This document shows, piece by piece, positions 25,983 through 39,109 of a stretch of DNA of 64,000 nucleotides; the first letter of the stretch is position 1; every line of letters starts with the position of its first letter. Location of the stretch: NCBI GenBank assembly GCA_951406725.2, contig OX597818.1:134292001-134356000 (forward strand), in the 5' to 3' direction. The notes below the pieces were generated by a model that saw nothing but the letters and a program-made list of their open reading frames with translations, did no database searches and was not told the origin of the DNA. The DNA comes from Octopus vulgaris. Lineage: Eukaryota. Both the position numbers and the translations under genes were made by a program.

Positions 25983-26028
<46 letters not shown>

Positions 26029-26118
26029 ATCCAAACAAGAAAACAAAAAGACAACAACGCAAGGATGTGGAACAAATAAAGTATTATTGGATGCTCAGGA
26101 AAGAAGGGAAGAAGGAGG

Positions 26119-26153
26119 GTTTAACGTTTCGAGTGGAGCTCTTCGTCAGAAAC
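26119..26153 (-). ncRNA. Minimal type I hammerhead ribozyme
   Basis: GUUU-CUGACGA-A-GAG(cucca)CUC-GAAACGUU/AAAC, with ACGU palindrome in place of helix III. Confidence 0.72.
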
Positions 26154-26282
26154 ATAGGAGAAGGGAAGACAGAGGGAAAAAAATCGCTGGCGGTACTCAC
26201 GAGGTCCACTTCTATTACTTTCACTATGATATATTTATGTATGTATATGTATATACCCAAGTACCTCATTTTCATATACCTA

Positions 26283-26755
26283 CTAGCAGAGATACTCAGC
26301 ATTGCCCAAGTTACATACAATTGAAGAATTAGACTTTTCTGTTATATTTTTTGTAATGAACTGGAATACCTATGTTTCGAATTTCATCAAAATTTCAGAT
26401 GAGGGTTATTTCCCTCTTTACACATGTAGTATAATTACAAAAAAATTGTAATCATGCTACTTTAATAGTTTCAGTATTTAACTGAAACTATTAAAGTGAA
26501 AGCATCTTACATTACAATAGAAAGATATTGTTTCACTTTTGACACATAATACTGAAATAGTAGAAAAGATATGATATTGCTGTGGGCTCACACTAGACAA
26601 AAAGTTAGTTTTTTTTTGCCCATGACACTACATGGACCCTAAGTAAGGCATGTGTAAAATTTGAATGAGATTGGTTGTAGTTCTCAAGTTTTAGGGATTC
26701 ACACAGACAGACAGACACACACACACACATACATTCTCATCTTTATATATATAGA
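26283..26755 (-). mobile_element. Non-autonomous Helitron
   Basis: 5' TC and 3' CTAG on the minus strand, inserted between A and T, no TSD. Confidence 0.75.
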
Positions 26756-27809
26756 TTACTTCACTCCGCTTGAGTAATAAAGGTAGAATGAGGTATTTTT
26801 ATCTATTGACTGAAACTGCTGTATGTTATTTTCCCAATTTATATTCATGTTTGTTATTTTATGATAGTTATTGGTATCCCTATATATTACTATATTTTAT
26901 ATCTTATATCTTATATGTAAAGCATAATATGTTATATATTTGTATGCTTATTATTGTAATTATCAGTTTAGTAAATAAATAAATAAGATAACATAATAAA
27001 AGTTGATGAACAACCTATTAATATTTTCTCAAGACTTTTCCTTTTAAACTGTTTTAACATTTTTCTTATTATTATCAAAGAATGTATATATGTATTGTAA
27101 TATTTTGTGCCAACCAGTATTTAACACAACAAAGTTTTTACAAAGCTTTTACATTTTACTTTTGACAATCTTTTTCTAAAAAAGTGAAACCGGTCAAATG
27201 AATAAACACCTTTGAAAATTGCATTTTTAACCTTCTTTCATATATATATATATGGCCTCCGTGCTGTGGGCACGTAACAAACACCATCCGATCATGGCCG
27301 TTCGCCAGCCTCGTCTGGCACCTGTGTTGGTGGCACATAAAAAACACCATCCGAGCGTGGCCGTTCGCCAGCCTCGTCTGGCACCTGTGTCGGTGGCACA
27401 TAAAATCACCCACTACACTCTCGGAGTGGTTGGCGTTAGGAAGGGCATCCAGCTGTAGAAACACTGCCAGATCTGACTGGCCTGGTGCAGCCTTCGGGCT
27501 TCCCAGACCCCAGTTGAACCGTCCAACCCATGCTAGCATGGAAAGCGGACGTTAAACGATGATGATGATGATGGTGATATAGTTAATCCAAACATGAAAA
27601 CACAAAGAGAAAACACAACAACATGAGGGCGTTGAACAAGTATAGTATTATTGGATGCTCAGGAAAGAAGGAAAGAAGGATGTCTTAACGTTTCGAGCGG
27701 AGCTCTTTGGCAGAAACATAGGAAAAGGAAAGATCCAAAGAAGGGAAGACAGAGGAAAAAAAATTGCCAACGGTACATACGTGGTCACATTTTGAAATGT
27801 ATATATATA

Positions 27810-28295
27810 ATCACACACAACACACAAAATCCAAAATATGAAACCAGCTGTTCATGCAGGGATAAAAATTTGTGCCTGCTAAATGGAGCTTGCATGTCCG
27901 AGACCATCACTTACGAAGTCACTGTGGACTCTAAACCCACTAAAGACACGGTTTCGACAAAGAAATACGTGGGCCTTACAGAGGGTAATTTCAAGGCCAG
28001 GTTCAATAATCACACCTTGAGCTTTAGGCATTGGGATAAAAGGAAAACGACCAAATTATCCAGTCATATATGGTCATTAAAAGATAAAGGCGTCAGTTAC
28101 AACATTCATTGGAAGATCTTAGCCAAGTGTAGGCTTTACACCAACGGCAGTGGAAAGTGCGGTCTATGTGATATGGAAAGACGGCTCATCTGGAAAAGCA
28201 GCTTAGACCCCACAGCATGTCTGAATTCAAGAACTGAACTTTTCGGATCATGCCCATATGTGGCCAAATATTTGTTACATTTTTGGTCCCCCTGA
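27810..28295 (+). mobile_element. Penelope-like element GIY-YIG endonuclease region
   Basis: CSCRDKNLCLLNGAC..ITYEVTV..KYVGLTEGNFKARFNNH..LSSHIW..CGLCDMER..LNSRTE. An inverted, decayed hammerhead-bearing terminal repeat lies immediately upstream (27580-27792). Confidence 0.88.
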
Positions 28296-28820
28296 GACTA
28301 CAGATAGAACTTGCTTTCTGTATTGTGTCCACGCACAAGCTTTTTATCTCTTTATACCTTTTACTTATATTTCTCTTATATATTTTTATTTATATTTTTT
28401 ATAAAAGGAGTAAATTTTTCAAATATTAATTATAATAAAGGGTAAAAGTCATCAATAATTTTAATGAGGGCTCATCATGGAAATAAAAACCTTATAGGTA
28501 AATTTCACAAATATTTTAATAATTATATACATAATTATAACAAGGGTTTGGCTATAAGTCTCTCCACACACTGTTTCTTACTTGTGAATCTAGCAGAAGC
28601 TCCTGGGGCCTTCACAAAGTACTGAAATGCTACATGTGCATTGAAGTCAGAGGTTTCTACTCTAAAGGAAATTAGAAATTGTATTTCTTTGAAACAAATG
28701 AATGTCTCCCATGTAAAAGTGTCAAATCTTCTGAAATGCATCTTGTAATATGTATACCATCCAACATAGTGGTTACTGCCAAGAATTGAATCAGCAATGT
28801 TGTCAACATCTAGAAGCACT

Positions 28821-29202
28821 AGAAGCACTCCGTCGGTTACGACGACGAGGGTTCCGGTTGATCCGATCAACGGAACAGCCTGCTCGTGAAATTAACGTGT
28901 AAGTGGCTGAGCACTCCACAGACACGTGTACCCTCAATGTAGTTCTCGGGGATATTCAGCGTGACACAGAGAGTGACAAGGCCGGCCCCTTGAAATACAG
29001 GTACAACAGAAACAGGAAGTAAGAGTGAGAGAAAGTTGTGGTGAAAGAGTACAGCAGGGATCACTACCACCCCCTGCCAGAGCCTCGTGGTGCTTTAGGT
29101 GTTTTCGCTCAATAAACACTCACAACGCCCGGTCTGGGAATCGAAACCGTGATCCTATGACTGCGAGTCCGCTGCCCTAACCACTGGGCCATTGCACCTC
29201 CA
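28821..29202 (-). mobile_element. SINE family A, full length
   Basis: TSD TGTTGTCAACAT. Confidence 0.9.
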
Positions 29203-29427
29203 CTGTTGTCAACATACAGAACTGAATACTCCTATCACCGAAAAACAACAAAAATTAAAAGATTTTGGTGTTGCACTTGTTTGTGCAAATGATTTGATCT
29301 GGTACTTTGTATTGAAACTAAAACAATTACATTATATGTCATGTTAGCTACTTAAACACACACACACACACACATGTTTAACAACTGTATTTACCTTTGC
29401 TTTATTTTGTGATAGAATTATATATTA

Positions 29428-29808
29428 CTAGCAGTATCGCCCGGCGTTGCTCGGGTTTGTAAGGGAAATAACTATAAAGCATTTTTAGAGAGTTATAGCC
29501 AAAAAGTAGAAAAAAATGGAAAAAAAATTATGGTAAATTTTTTGAGAGTTAAAAAGGTGGAGTTGCGTCCCCTAGACAGTCTGTGGTTTGTGTTTCTGAT
29601 TCTCGACCCCATGTCGAATTTATCGATTTTTTTCAGAACTGGGGGAACTTTTCAAAATTTTCGCTGCGTTAGTTTTGAATTATGACATTGGGCTATGTGT
29701 GTGTCAAGTGTCATCAGAATCGGTTGAAAGCCGTGGTCAGGGTGAGGGTACAACCTAACAGACACACAGACACACAGACAGACAAACTGCTGTTTATATA
29801 GAGAGAGA
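29428..29808 (-). mobile_element. Non-autonomous Helitron
   Basis: TC...CCCGAGCAACGCCGGGCGATACTGCTAG with a subterminal hairpin and A|T target. Truncated sister copy at 30982-31240. Confidence 0.82.
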
Positions 29809-30174
29809 TAAAATGTCAAAAGGGTATCTTTCCAGCCTTATCATTTAAGGTCTAAGGAAGGATAACTCTTCTACCTTTTTTTTACCATTTACTTTTTATT
29901 TGTGACATTTTAGTTTCTATTTTTTGTTTTCTGTCTTTCGTTTTATGTTGTTTACTGTCTGCGTTTTCTATGTGTTGCCTTCTCAGTTTTTTGGGTTTTT
30001 TTGCATTTCTTCTTTTATTCAGTTTATTTAGTTCATTATGATATGTGGTTTGTGCCTGAAGAATATGTTTGAGTTCTCTCAACATATGAAACTATTAGTA
30101 ATGCTTTAATACATGTATTGTGACCTTTAAATAAATAATATACATATATATGTATATGTATATATATGTATATA

Positions 30175-30249
<75 letters not shown>

Positions 30250-30251
<2 letters not shown>

Positions 30252-30660
30252 CGCGGGAGTGGCTGTGTGGTAAGTAGCTTGCTAACCAACCACATGGTTC
30301 CGGGTTCAGTCCCACTGCGTGGCATCTTGGGCAAGTGTCTTCTGCTATAGCCTCGGGCCGACCAATGCCTTGTGAGTGGATTTGGTAGATGGAAACTGAA
30401 AGAAGCCTGTCGTATATATGTGTATATATATATGTGTGTGTCTGTGTGTTTGTGTGTCTGTGTTTGTCCCCCTAGCATTGCTTGACAACCGATGCTGGTG
30501 TGTTTCTGTCCCCGTTACTTAGCGGTTCGGCAAAAGAGACCGATATAATAAGTACTGGGCTTACAAAAGAATAAGTCCTGGGGTCGAGTTGCTCGATTAA
30601 AGGCGGTGCTCCAGCATGTCCACAGTCAAATGACTGAAACAAGTAAAAGAGTAAAAGAGT
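30250..30660 (+). mobile_element. SINE family B in (TA)n
   Basis: Full head to tail, flanked by long TA runs. Confidence 0.88.
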
Positions 30661-30694
30661 ATACGTATATATATATATATATACATATATATAC

Positions 30695-30781
<87 letters not shown>

Positions 30782-30787
30782 TATACA

Positions 30788-30877
<90 letters not shown>

Positions 30878-32099
30878 GTTATATATTTAAATAATATAAA
30901 TATAATAATCTTATGTATTGGCTTAAGTTTTTCATTGTATGATTTGCCTAATAGTGGTTTTGTCTCTAATTTAATATAATACTAGCAGTATCGCCCGGCG
31001 TTGCTCAGGGTTTGTAAGGGAAATAACTATAAAGCACTTTTAGAGAGTTATAGCCAAAAAATAGCAAAAAAAATGGGAAAAAATGATGGTAAATTTTTTT
31101 TGATAGTTAAAAAGGCCGAGTTGCGTCCCCTAGACCATCTGCGGTTTGTGTTTCTGATTGTCGACCCCATGTCGAATTTATCGATCTTTTTCTGAACTGG
31201 GGGAACTTTTCAAAATTTTCGCTGCGTTAGTTTTGAATTATATATATATATATGTATACATGTATGACATGTATGTATGTATGTACTATATGCATACAAT
31301 ACCTAATGTGTTTTAAATTTCATCATGTATGTACGTACGTACATATGTATGTATATTATATATGCATACAATACCTAATGTGTTTTAAATTTCATCATGA
31401 GTCACACTGTAAAATTTAGCATGAAATGGATTAGTGTATGTTTTGGCTTATTAAACACACTCTTTTCTGGACAAATATGTACCACAAAATCACTCAATAT
31501 CTGATCACTAAAAGGTAATTTTGTATTGTGGTGTTTGGCAGATGGATTTAGTTTTCATTAGAACCCCATGCATGTAATATACATCAAAAGTATATCCCAG
31601 TACTAAAGTTACGATATTTATTAGTTTTGTAATGCACTGATTAATTACTAAGAAGTTTACAAGGATTTATTGACACCAATAAGTGATCAGTCATTCGCTT
31701 TGTTTGGTGTATAGTGTATCATCAATGATATAACATCTTAGACACACACTATTTGTGAGCTGGTAGAAGTACCATCAAAGTAAAAGCCATCCGTTATGTC
31801 TATGTTTAGTTATTCAGATGAGAATACCTATTTATGACACTATACACTGGTTACGATTAAAAGACATGTTGGCATTAGGAAGGGCATCCAGCTATAGAAA
31901 CTTTGCCAGATCAGATTGGAGCCTGGTGCAGCCTTCTGGCTTGCCAGCTCTCAGACAAACCGTCCAACCCATGCCAGCATGGAAAGCAGACGTTAAACGA
32001 TGATGATGATGATAATGATGATGATGATGATGGGAAACAGATGATTGTCAGATGGGGCCAAATCAGAATAGGGAGAATGATTAACTAGTTCAAAGCCAC

Positions 32100-33200
32100 A
32101 GTCATACATAGCAACCATTGAAACCCAAAACTTACATGCTGGAACTTTCTCCTAGTGAAACAAGACCCCTTCCATCAGATTTCCTGGCCGTTCGGTTTTG
32201 ATAGCCTATCATAACTACTTCAGCAAGTTGGTGTAGCACTCTCCATTGATGTTGTAGTCTTTTTTAAGATTGTCAATGAACACAATACTTTTTTGCATCC
32301 CCAAAAACTGAGACCTACAGATAAAACAATCTTGGCCTTCTTTGAAGAAAGTGAGGAGGGATGTTTCCATTATATGGATTGCCTCTTTCTCTCTGTTTCA
32401 AAGTGATCAACCCAACACTCATCATTGGTTGGGAAATTTTCAAGGAAACCTGTTAGATTTGCCAGAAACAACGCTAAATTTTCCTCTGGTGCACGTTTGA
32501 TCAGGTGTCAGAAGATGTGGCACCCACTGAGCAGAACCATTCATCATACCAAGTTCATTGTGCAGAATATTCTCAACTCCCACATGGGATATACTAATAG
32601 CATTGGAGGTGCAATGGCCCAGTGGTTAGGGCAGTGGACTCGCGGTCATAGGATCGCGGTTTCGATTCCCAGACCGGGCGTTGTGAGTGTTTATTGAGCA
32701 AAAACACCTAAAGCTCCACGAGGCTCCGGCAGGGATGGTGGTGATCCCTGCTGTACTCTTTCACCACAACTTTCTCTCACTCTTACTTCCTGTTTCTGTT
32801 GTACCTGTATTTCAAAGGGCCGGCCTTGTCACTCTCTGTGTCACGCTGAATATCCCCGAGAACTACGTTAAGGGTACACGTGTCTGTGGAGTGCTCAGCC
32901 ACTTACACGTTAATTTCACGAGCAGGCTGTTCCGTTGATTTGGATCAACCGGAACTCTCATCGTCGTAACCGACGGAGTGCTTCTACTAATAGCATTGGC
33001 TATCTGATTTATAGCCAATCGTCTGTCACCCATCATCATATGGTGAATACAATCACTGTTTTCCTCAATGGCGGAAGTTGCAAGATGTCCAGATCTTGAG
33101 TCATCTTCATGACTCTCTCTTCCTCTCCTAAATCCAGCTACCTACTTTTGCACTGTTGACAAAGTTGGACGATTATATCGTAGATAACGATATCTTTTCC
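32100..33200 (-). mobile_element. Decayed mariner transposase remnant interrupted by SINE A (32605-32984)
   Basis: Homologous to the mariner remnants at 35026-35530 and 56505-57480. SINE TSD TACTAATAGCATTGG. Confidence 0.6.
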
Positions 33201-33582
33201 AGTTTTACACAAGATGTGTCTAAGAGAGGTAACTGTGTAGTGCCGATAACGTTATTTACTGTTGAAAAGATATAACTAGAAACATAGAACTAAAAGTGTA
33301 AGTAGGATTTTTATCCGTCGAAACTTGGTATAATTCTAATATCTGGTCAAAGGAGGTAACTATGCAGTACGGATAGATGTGATCTCTGATGAAGGGAGCT
33401 AACAATGTAGTGTAGAGAATGTTAACAGTTGAAGGAATGTAAGGGAGGTAACTAACGTAGTTTAAGTTGGTCTACGACCAGAGCTTATTTCTGCACACAA
33501 TATTACTAGATTTGAACCCAATTCTGCATGCTGACAAAAATATGTAAATAGGATAACGTTAATGAAATAAAAATATAAACAA

Positions 33583-33964
33583 CTAGCAGTATAGCCCGGC
33601 GTTGCTCGGGTTTGTAAAGGAAATAACTATATAAGCATTTTCAGAGAGTTATAGCAAAAAAATGCATTAGAAATGGGAAAAAAATGACGGTAAATTTTTT
33701 TTTAAATCGTTGACTCATCGTAGACATTTTTAGACATTTTTCCCTTATATAATAGCGAAAAAATGCATTAAAATGGAAAAAAATGATGGTAAATTTTTTT
33801 TTAAATCGTAGACTCATCGTAGACTCATCGTAGACGTGCGCTAATACCCAGAAGGGCTCGATATGAATCACGACTATAAGATAAACTGCACCGCAAAATG
33901 TGGGAGTAGTTAGGAATCTAAATCGTAGGAGACAGACACACAACCTTTCTTTTATATATAAAGA
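33583..33964 (-). mobile_element. Non-autonomous Helitron
   Basis: Same hairpin plus CTAG 3' end. Sister copy at 54320-54711 (+). Confidence 0.82.
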
Positions 33965-34633
33965 TTTCAACAGCAACTAAAAGCATTCATCAGCGATGCA
34001 ATGTTTCTTTTTATACTATCACCTAAATATGTTTTAACAATAATACACCTTGATGAAGTGGGCAATTCAATACGTAATTTCGTCACAGTTTACAATTTAG
34101 ATGTTTGTTTTTTTATCCGTCAGTATTATTGGTATTTGCATATCGGTATTTTCGCAGCAGCAGATGTTTTGTTAGTCTCTAACATGCAGCCAAATTACGT
34201 ACATTTAAAAAAAAAAATTTCACTGAACGATGTACTGCGTTTATGAAGCTACCGGGAGACGATCCTAAACGAATGAGACCAATATTGGTATTCGTTTGAT
34301 TAGAAAAAATGGACCGGGAGAAAGTTCCAGGAGTAATGTAAACGACAAGCATATTGTTTAGTAAACTACATGTAGAGGGGAAATGATAACCATCTATCTC
34401 CTGGCCTTTGAGTACCTTCAATGAAGTTTTTTTATTCATCTGAAAACATTCATATCAAGTCACTGATTCGAGGATATTATAATTTCCAAGTCGACAAATT
34501 ATATCATTGTTTTGATGAAAATTGTTCATTGCTTGAAAAATATTTCAAGTTTAACAAAATTTAATATGTACTCAATGCATGAAGTGTCATTGTTTGGCCC
34601 AAGACCTGCTGAAGAGCCTTCCACGGGAGCTAA

Positions 34634-34692
<59 letters not shown>

Positions 34693-35025
34693 ATATATGT
34701 ATATATGTATGTATGTATGTATGTATGTGTGTGTGTGTGTATGTATGTAAGTATGTATGTATGTATGTATGTATGTATGTGTGTATGTATGTATGTGTGT
34801 ATGTATGTATGTGTGTATGTATGTATGTATGTATGCATGCATGCATGCATGCATGCATGCATGTGTGTATGTATGTATGTATGTATGTATGTATGTATGC
34901 AGTGGCCCAGCAAGAAAATTTGCTGAGGGGGTGCAAACCCAGGTCCTAATTTTTTAATGAAAAATGTGGATTTTTCCAATGCTAACATTTAAAAAAATGC
35001 AGGTATAATAATAATTTTTATTATT

Positions 35026-35530
35026 ATGAGGGTCTGCTGAAATGTTCATAATCTGAGCAAGAAGACACTCTCAATGGAATGTGACCAAATGAAGTTCATT
35101 TTCTAACATAGTTCCTCTTACTGTCCACACACTTCCATTAGTAGTTGCAGTGCTTGGGTCGCACTGGTGAAGAAGCTTTCCTGTTGATCAAAATGGTCAT
35201 CAACAACGGATAAGATATTCTCATCATAGTGAACTGGTGCTCATCTGAGTGCTTTTCTATGTTGGGAAACAGATGATAACCAGAAGGAACCAAATCACTA
35301 ACATAGGGAGGATGATCAACCAGTTCAAAGCCAGTCACACACAGCAGCCATTGAAACCAAGGACTTGCATGCTGAAGCATTGTCCTAATGAAACAAGACC
35401 CCATTCATCAGTTTTTCGGGGTGTTTGGTCTTGATAGCCTTTCATAACTGCCTTAGGAAGTTGATATTGAAATTTTCCATTGATGGTGTGATCATTTTGA
35501 AGATAGCCAATAAACACAATATTTTTTGCA
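35026..35530 (-). mobile_element. Mariner 3' remnant
   Basis: ELVDHPPYVSDLVPSGYHLFPNIEK resembles the mariner YSPDLAPSDY motif. TA-TGAGGGTCTGCTGAAA end is TIR-like. Confidence 0.75.
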
Positions 35531-36509
35531 TTAATGCATGGTATATATAATAATGTGAAGTATATTTTGCATATTAAAATGTTTAATTTTGGAAATGTAT
35601 CAAGCAGAGCTAAAATAAGCAGTAAAAATACAAATTGCAAATATTTCAAAGTGTGGGACACTATATGACAAAAACTAACAAAAAAAGGAAGAAAATAATG
35701 GTGCTAGTGTTCCAAAGGTACAATGAGAAGGCTCAGAAGGATAGAGAGATGGGGTAGAGGGAAAAGTGAAAAGATAAACTGGGGATCTGAAATGAGTACG
35801 TAAAAATAGCACCCACTACCCTCTCAGAGTGGTTGGCGTTAGGAAGGGCATCCAGCTGTAGAAACACTGCCAGATCAGACTGGAGCCTGGTGCAGCCTCC
35901 TGGCTTCCCAGGCCCCAGTTGAGCCATTCAACCTATTCCAGCATGGAAAATGGACATTAAACAATGATATCTTACCTATGCACTGGTCAAGTAGAAAAAT
36001 GATGAGTGACAAAAAATTGGATTGTCGTTTGGTACCAAAAAAGTGAAGGAAGAGAGTAGAGAAGGTTAGGGAAGAGCAAGTAGGAAGAAAGAGAGAGTGC
36101 AGAGAAATAAGGGAATAAAGATAGACAGTAGGTAGTTGACAGAGATGGACAGAGGAAGAAATGGAAGGCAGTTAAGAGAGAAAAGCAGCAGATAGGTAGA
36201 GAGGTAGATAGAGGGGAGAGGAGAAAGACGGAGAAATAGATAGAAAAGAGAGACAGTCTTGCACCAAATATTGAACACTGCGTAGGGTACCACTGAGTGG
36301 GAACAGAAGTGAGTGTGTGACATTACATTGACTAACAGACCTAAAATACTGCACTGCAACTCAACACACACACATATATAATGATAAAGGAAATTGTTGT
36401 ATACAGTGCTCAGGTGCACTACAACTAAAAAGAAAAAAATGGCCATCAGGTGTACTGTTGTCGGACTTCAAGACATGGAAATTTTGAAGGATGTAGTGTA
36501 GCTTTCGAC

Positions 36510-37078
36510 CGAATTTCCAGGAAGTTAGGAAAATCTCGGAACTTTCCATGAAATCCACGGGATTTTCCAGGAAGTTTCCGACCAATTTTCCATGAAGTTG
36601 GGAAATCCTCAGGACTTTCCATGAAATCCTCAGAAATTTCCAGGAAGTTTCCGAACGATTTTCCAAAAAGCTGGGAAATCCTCGGAACTTTTCAGGAAGT
36701 TTCCTACCGACTTTCCAGAAAGTTGGGAATTCCCGGAACTTCCCACGAAGTTTCCGATCAATTTTCCAGGAAGTTTGGAAATCCCTGGAACTTTCAACGA
36801 AACCTCCGGAACTTTCCACGAAGTTTCCTATCAAATTTACTGGAAGATGGAAAATCCCCGGAACTTTCCAGGAAGTTTTCGATCAATATTCCAGGAAGTT
36901 GAGGAATTCCTGGAAATTTCCATGAAATCCCCGGGACTTTCCAGGAAGTTTCCGACCAATTTTACAGGAAGTTGTGGTAATCCCCGGAACTTTCCATGAA
37001 ATCCTTGGAATTTTCCAGGAAGTTTTCGACCAATTTTTCAGGAAGTTATAAAATCCTCGAAACTTTCGAGGAAGTTCC
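36510..37078. repeat. Degenerate complex satellite (GGAAATCCCCGGAACTTTCCAGGAAGTTTCCGACCAATTTTCCAGGAAGTT-like units)
   Basis: Recurrent TTCCAGGAAGTT and GAAATCC motifs, roughly 20-25-bp subunits. Confidence 0.85.
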
Positions 37079-37509
37079 CTTAAGGAAGTAATGATAGTAC
37101 TGCAGCCATTCTAGTGCACTGCCTTAATATATTTTCAATTAAGTTTTGTTGTTGCTTCTTGACTGGAAGTTGGTCTATGATTGCGTTTTCTAGCAGCTGT
37201 TCTCCTCTGATTGCATCCTCCTTGAATGGCTGACTTCTAAGGTATCGTTAAGAGTTCATCTAATGAGTTTTGGGAGGGTTTTTTTAATGTTTCAGTAGAA
37301 GTCTCTTTTATATTTCTTTTAATTTAGATAGGTAGTTGAACAGTTGAGGGAACTCTAAATGCTAGATTGTTACAATAGAGTATTTTTGCCCATGATTTCG
37401 AAGGTAGAATATTTGCAAGCTTAATGTATATAAATGTTCGTGCATTAAAACTCTCTCCAGTGCCGAAGTTTGGAACATGTCCCTCCACAGTTCTATATTT
37501 TAGAGATGA

Positions 37510-37780
37510 GGAATTATATACATTATTTATATTCGATGGATATTTGTCCTCATCTTGTTTGTTGTTAACACAACGTTTCGGCTGATATACCCTCCAGCCT
37601 TCTTCAGGTGACTTGAGAAATTTCGAACCTGTGTTCTCATTCCTAATGTATTTTTCGATGTTATTATTGTTGATGTTGTTATTGTTGTTGTTGTTGTTAG
37701 TGTTCAGGACACTGCTTTTAATCGAACTTGGAATCTTGGGGTTAGTAGCCCGCGCTCTTAACCACTACGCCATATGTCCC
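37510..37780 (-). mobile_element. tRNA-headed, hammerhead-containing PLE terminal-repeat element
   Basis: Minus strand: TGGCGTAGTGG (A box)...AGTTCGATT (B-box-like), then (AAC)n, hammerhead, and a tail homologous to 46255-46420. Confidence 0.75.
37569..37610 (-). ncRNA. Minimal type I hammerhead ribozyme
   Basis: CAC-CUGAAGA-A-GGCUG(loop)CAGCC-GAAACGUU/GUG. Confidence 0.75.
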
Positions 37781-37799
37781 CCAACAATTTTCCATATGA

Positions 37800-38912
37800 A
37801 TGTGATAGTATATATTTCTCTTGGGTGTCAAGAGACTCAGCGCTTCCAGACATTCTCGGTAAATAAGACTTTTAACTGAAGGTATTTTACCAGTGAACAT
37901 TCCGTGTAACCCTTCAATTTCTTCTATGAGACCGGATGAGTTAGAAGATTAAAATTGTAAGCAGTAATATAAACTGCTCAGAACTAGGGTTTTCCGTAAA
38001 AATAAAACTAACTACCGGTTCCCTTGTCATGAATGTTCGTAGGATGCAGCCTATGAGTTTGCTGCATTTAAAGGTTAGTTTGATAATATGGCTGATGGAA
38101 AATGTATCATTTGACATGATTACACCTAAGTCCTGTATGTCATTAGTGGTCTGAATCATTATGTTACCTTGTGTCAAATATTGCGATTTGGGTGAATTCG
38201 TTTGTAATGAAGAAGCTGAAATTTTGATGTACTAATTTTCGTATTTTTCTGGTTTAGCTCCTAGCCATCGATATTCTTGTATAATTCATTCCCTGATGAA
38301 TACGACGTATTACAGGTAACTTAGAGAGAAATCCATTTGCAGTAATTGGTTGACTCCTACTGTGTAGGGAGTTAAAGAACCATTCTCCGACTTTTCCTGT
38401 GATACCAAGATTTCTTAAATTATGACAGATGATTCAATGATCAGTCTTGTCAAACGCCTTAACAATATCAAGGTTTTAACAGTCAATGATCTTTCTCCTA
38501 AAGAGATTATTAGAGGTAGTGTTATGATGCTGTAAGAATTGTGACAGGCGACTTCGTTCAGTCCGAAACCTATACCGAGTGTCATCTAAGTTGTTTTCCT
38601 CCAGGTATGTTATTACTTTTTGTCTTCGGACAAGGCATTGGATAATTTTAGACGTGTAAGACGTGAGGGAAACAGGTCTGTAATTTTTAGCTTCAGCACT
38701 GCTAACACCTTTGTACCTATATAGGTTTTATTGTAGCTTCTTTCAATAGTCTCGGGAATATGGCAGTATCTGGCGAGTTTTGAAATAGTACCTTTAATGA
38801 TTTCATGAGGTGGTTTTTGCACGTTTTTTAGCAATATAACTGGAATACTATTTGGTACAGATGCTGAGTTTGGGTCTAAATCTTTAATAGCCGCAAGTAT
38901 ATCAACTCCCAT
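37800..38912 (-). pseudogene. Decayed CR1/L2-like LINE RT fragments
   Basis: AIKDLDPNSAS.PNSIPVILLK and IQDLGVIMSND..HIIKL..KCSKLIGCILRTF. Confidence 0.65.
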
Positions 38913-39109
38913 GATATTAATTTTAAGTTGTGTCTCTGCACTTGAGTTGTGGGATCAAAGAATTCACTTGGATTATGCACGAGGCTGCGATACGGATTAT
39001 GCATGGGGCTGCGATACGGACAGAGAATGCGGCCTTCCACCTGTTGAAACGAAAGTGTCGGGGATAGAGTTTGCGATCATGCCCATGCAGACCTCAATCC
39101 GGCGCAGGG

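Noticed and set aside
27651-27810. N-terminal extension of the 214-aa GIY-YIG ORF
   Set aside because: It is read-through of an inverted terminal repeat, not part of the endonuclease.
33225-33470. Four spaced GGAGGTAACT-like motifs
   Set aside because: Too degenerate and irregularly spaced to define an array. Probably an old repeat remnant.
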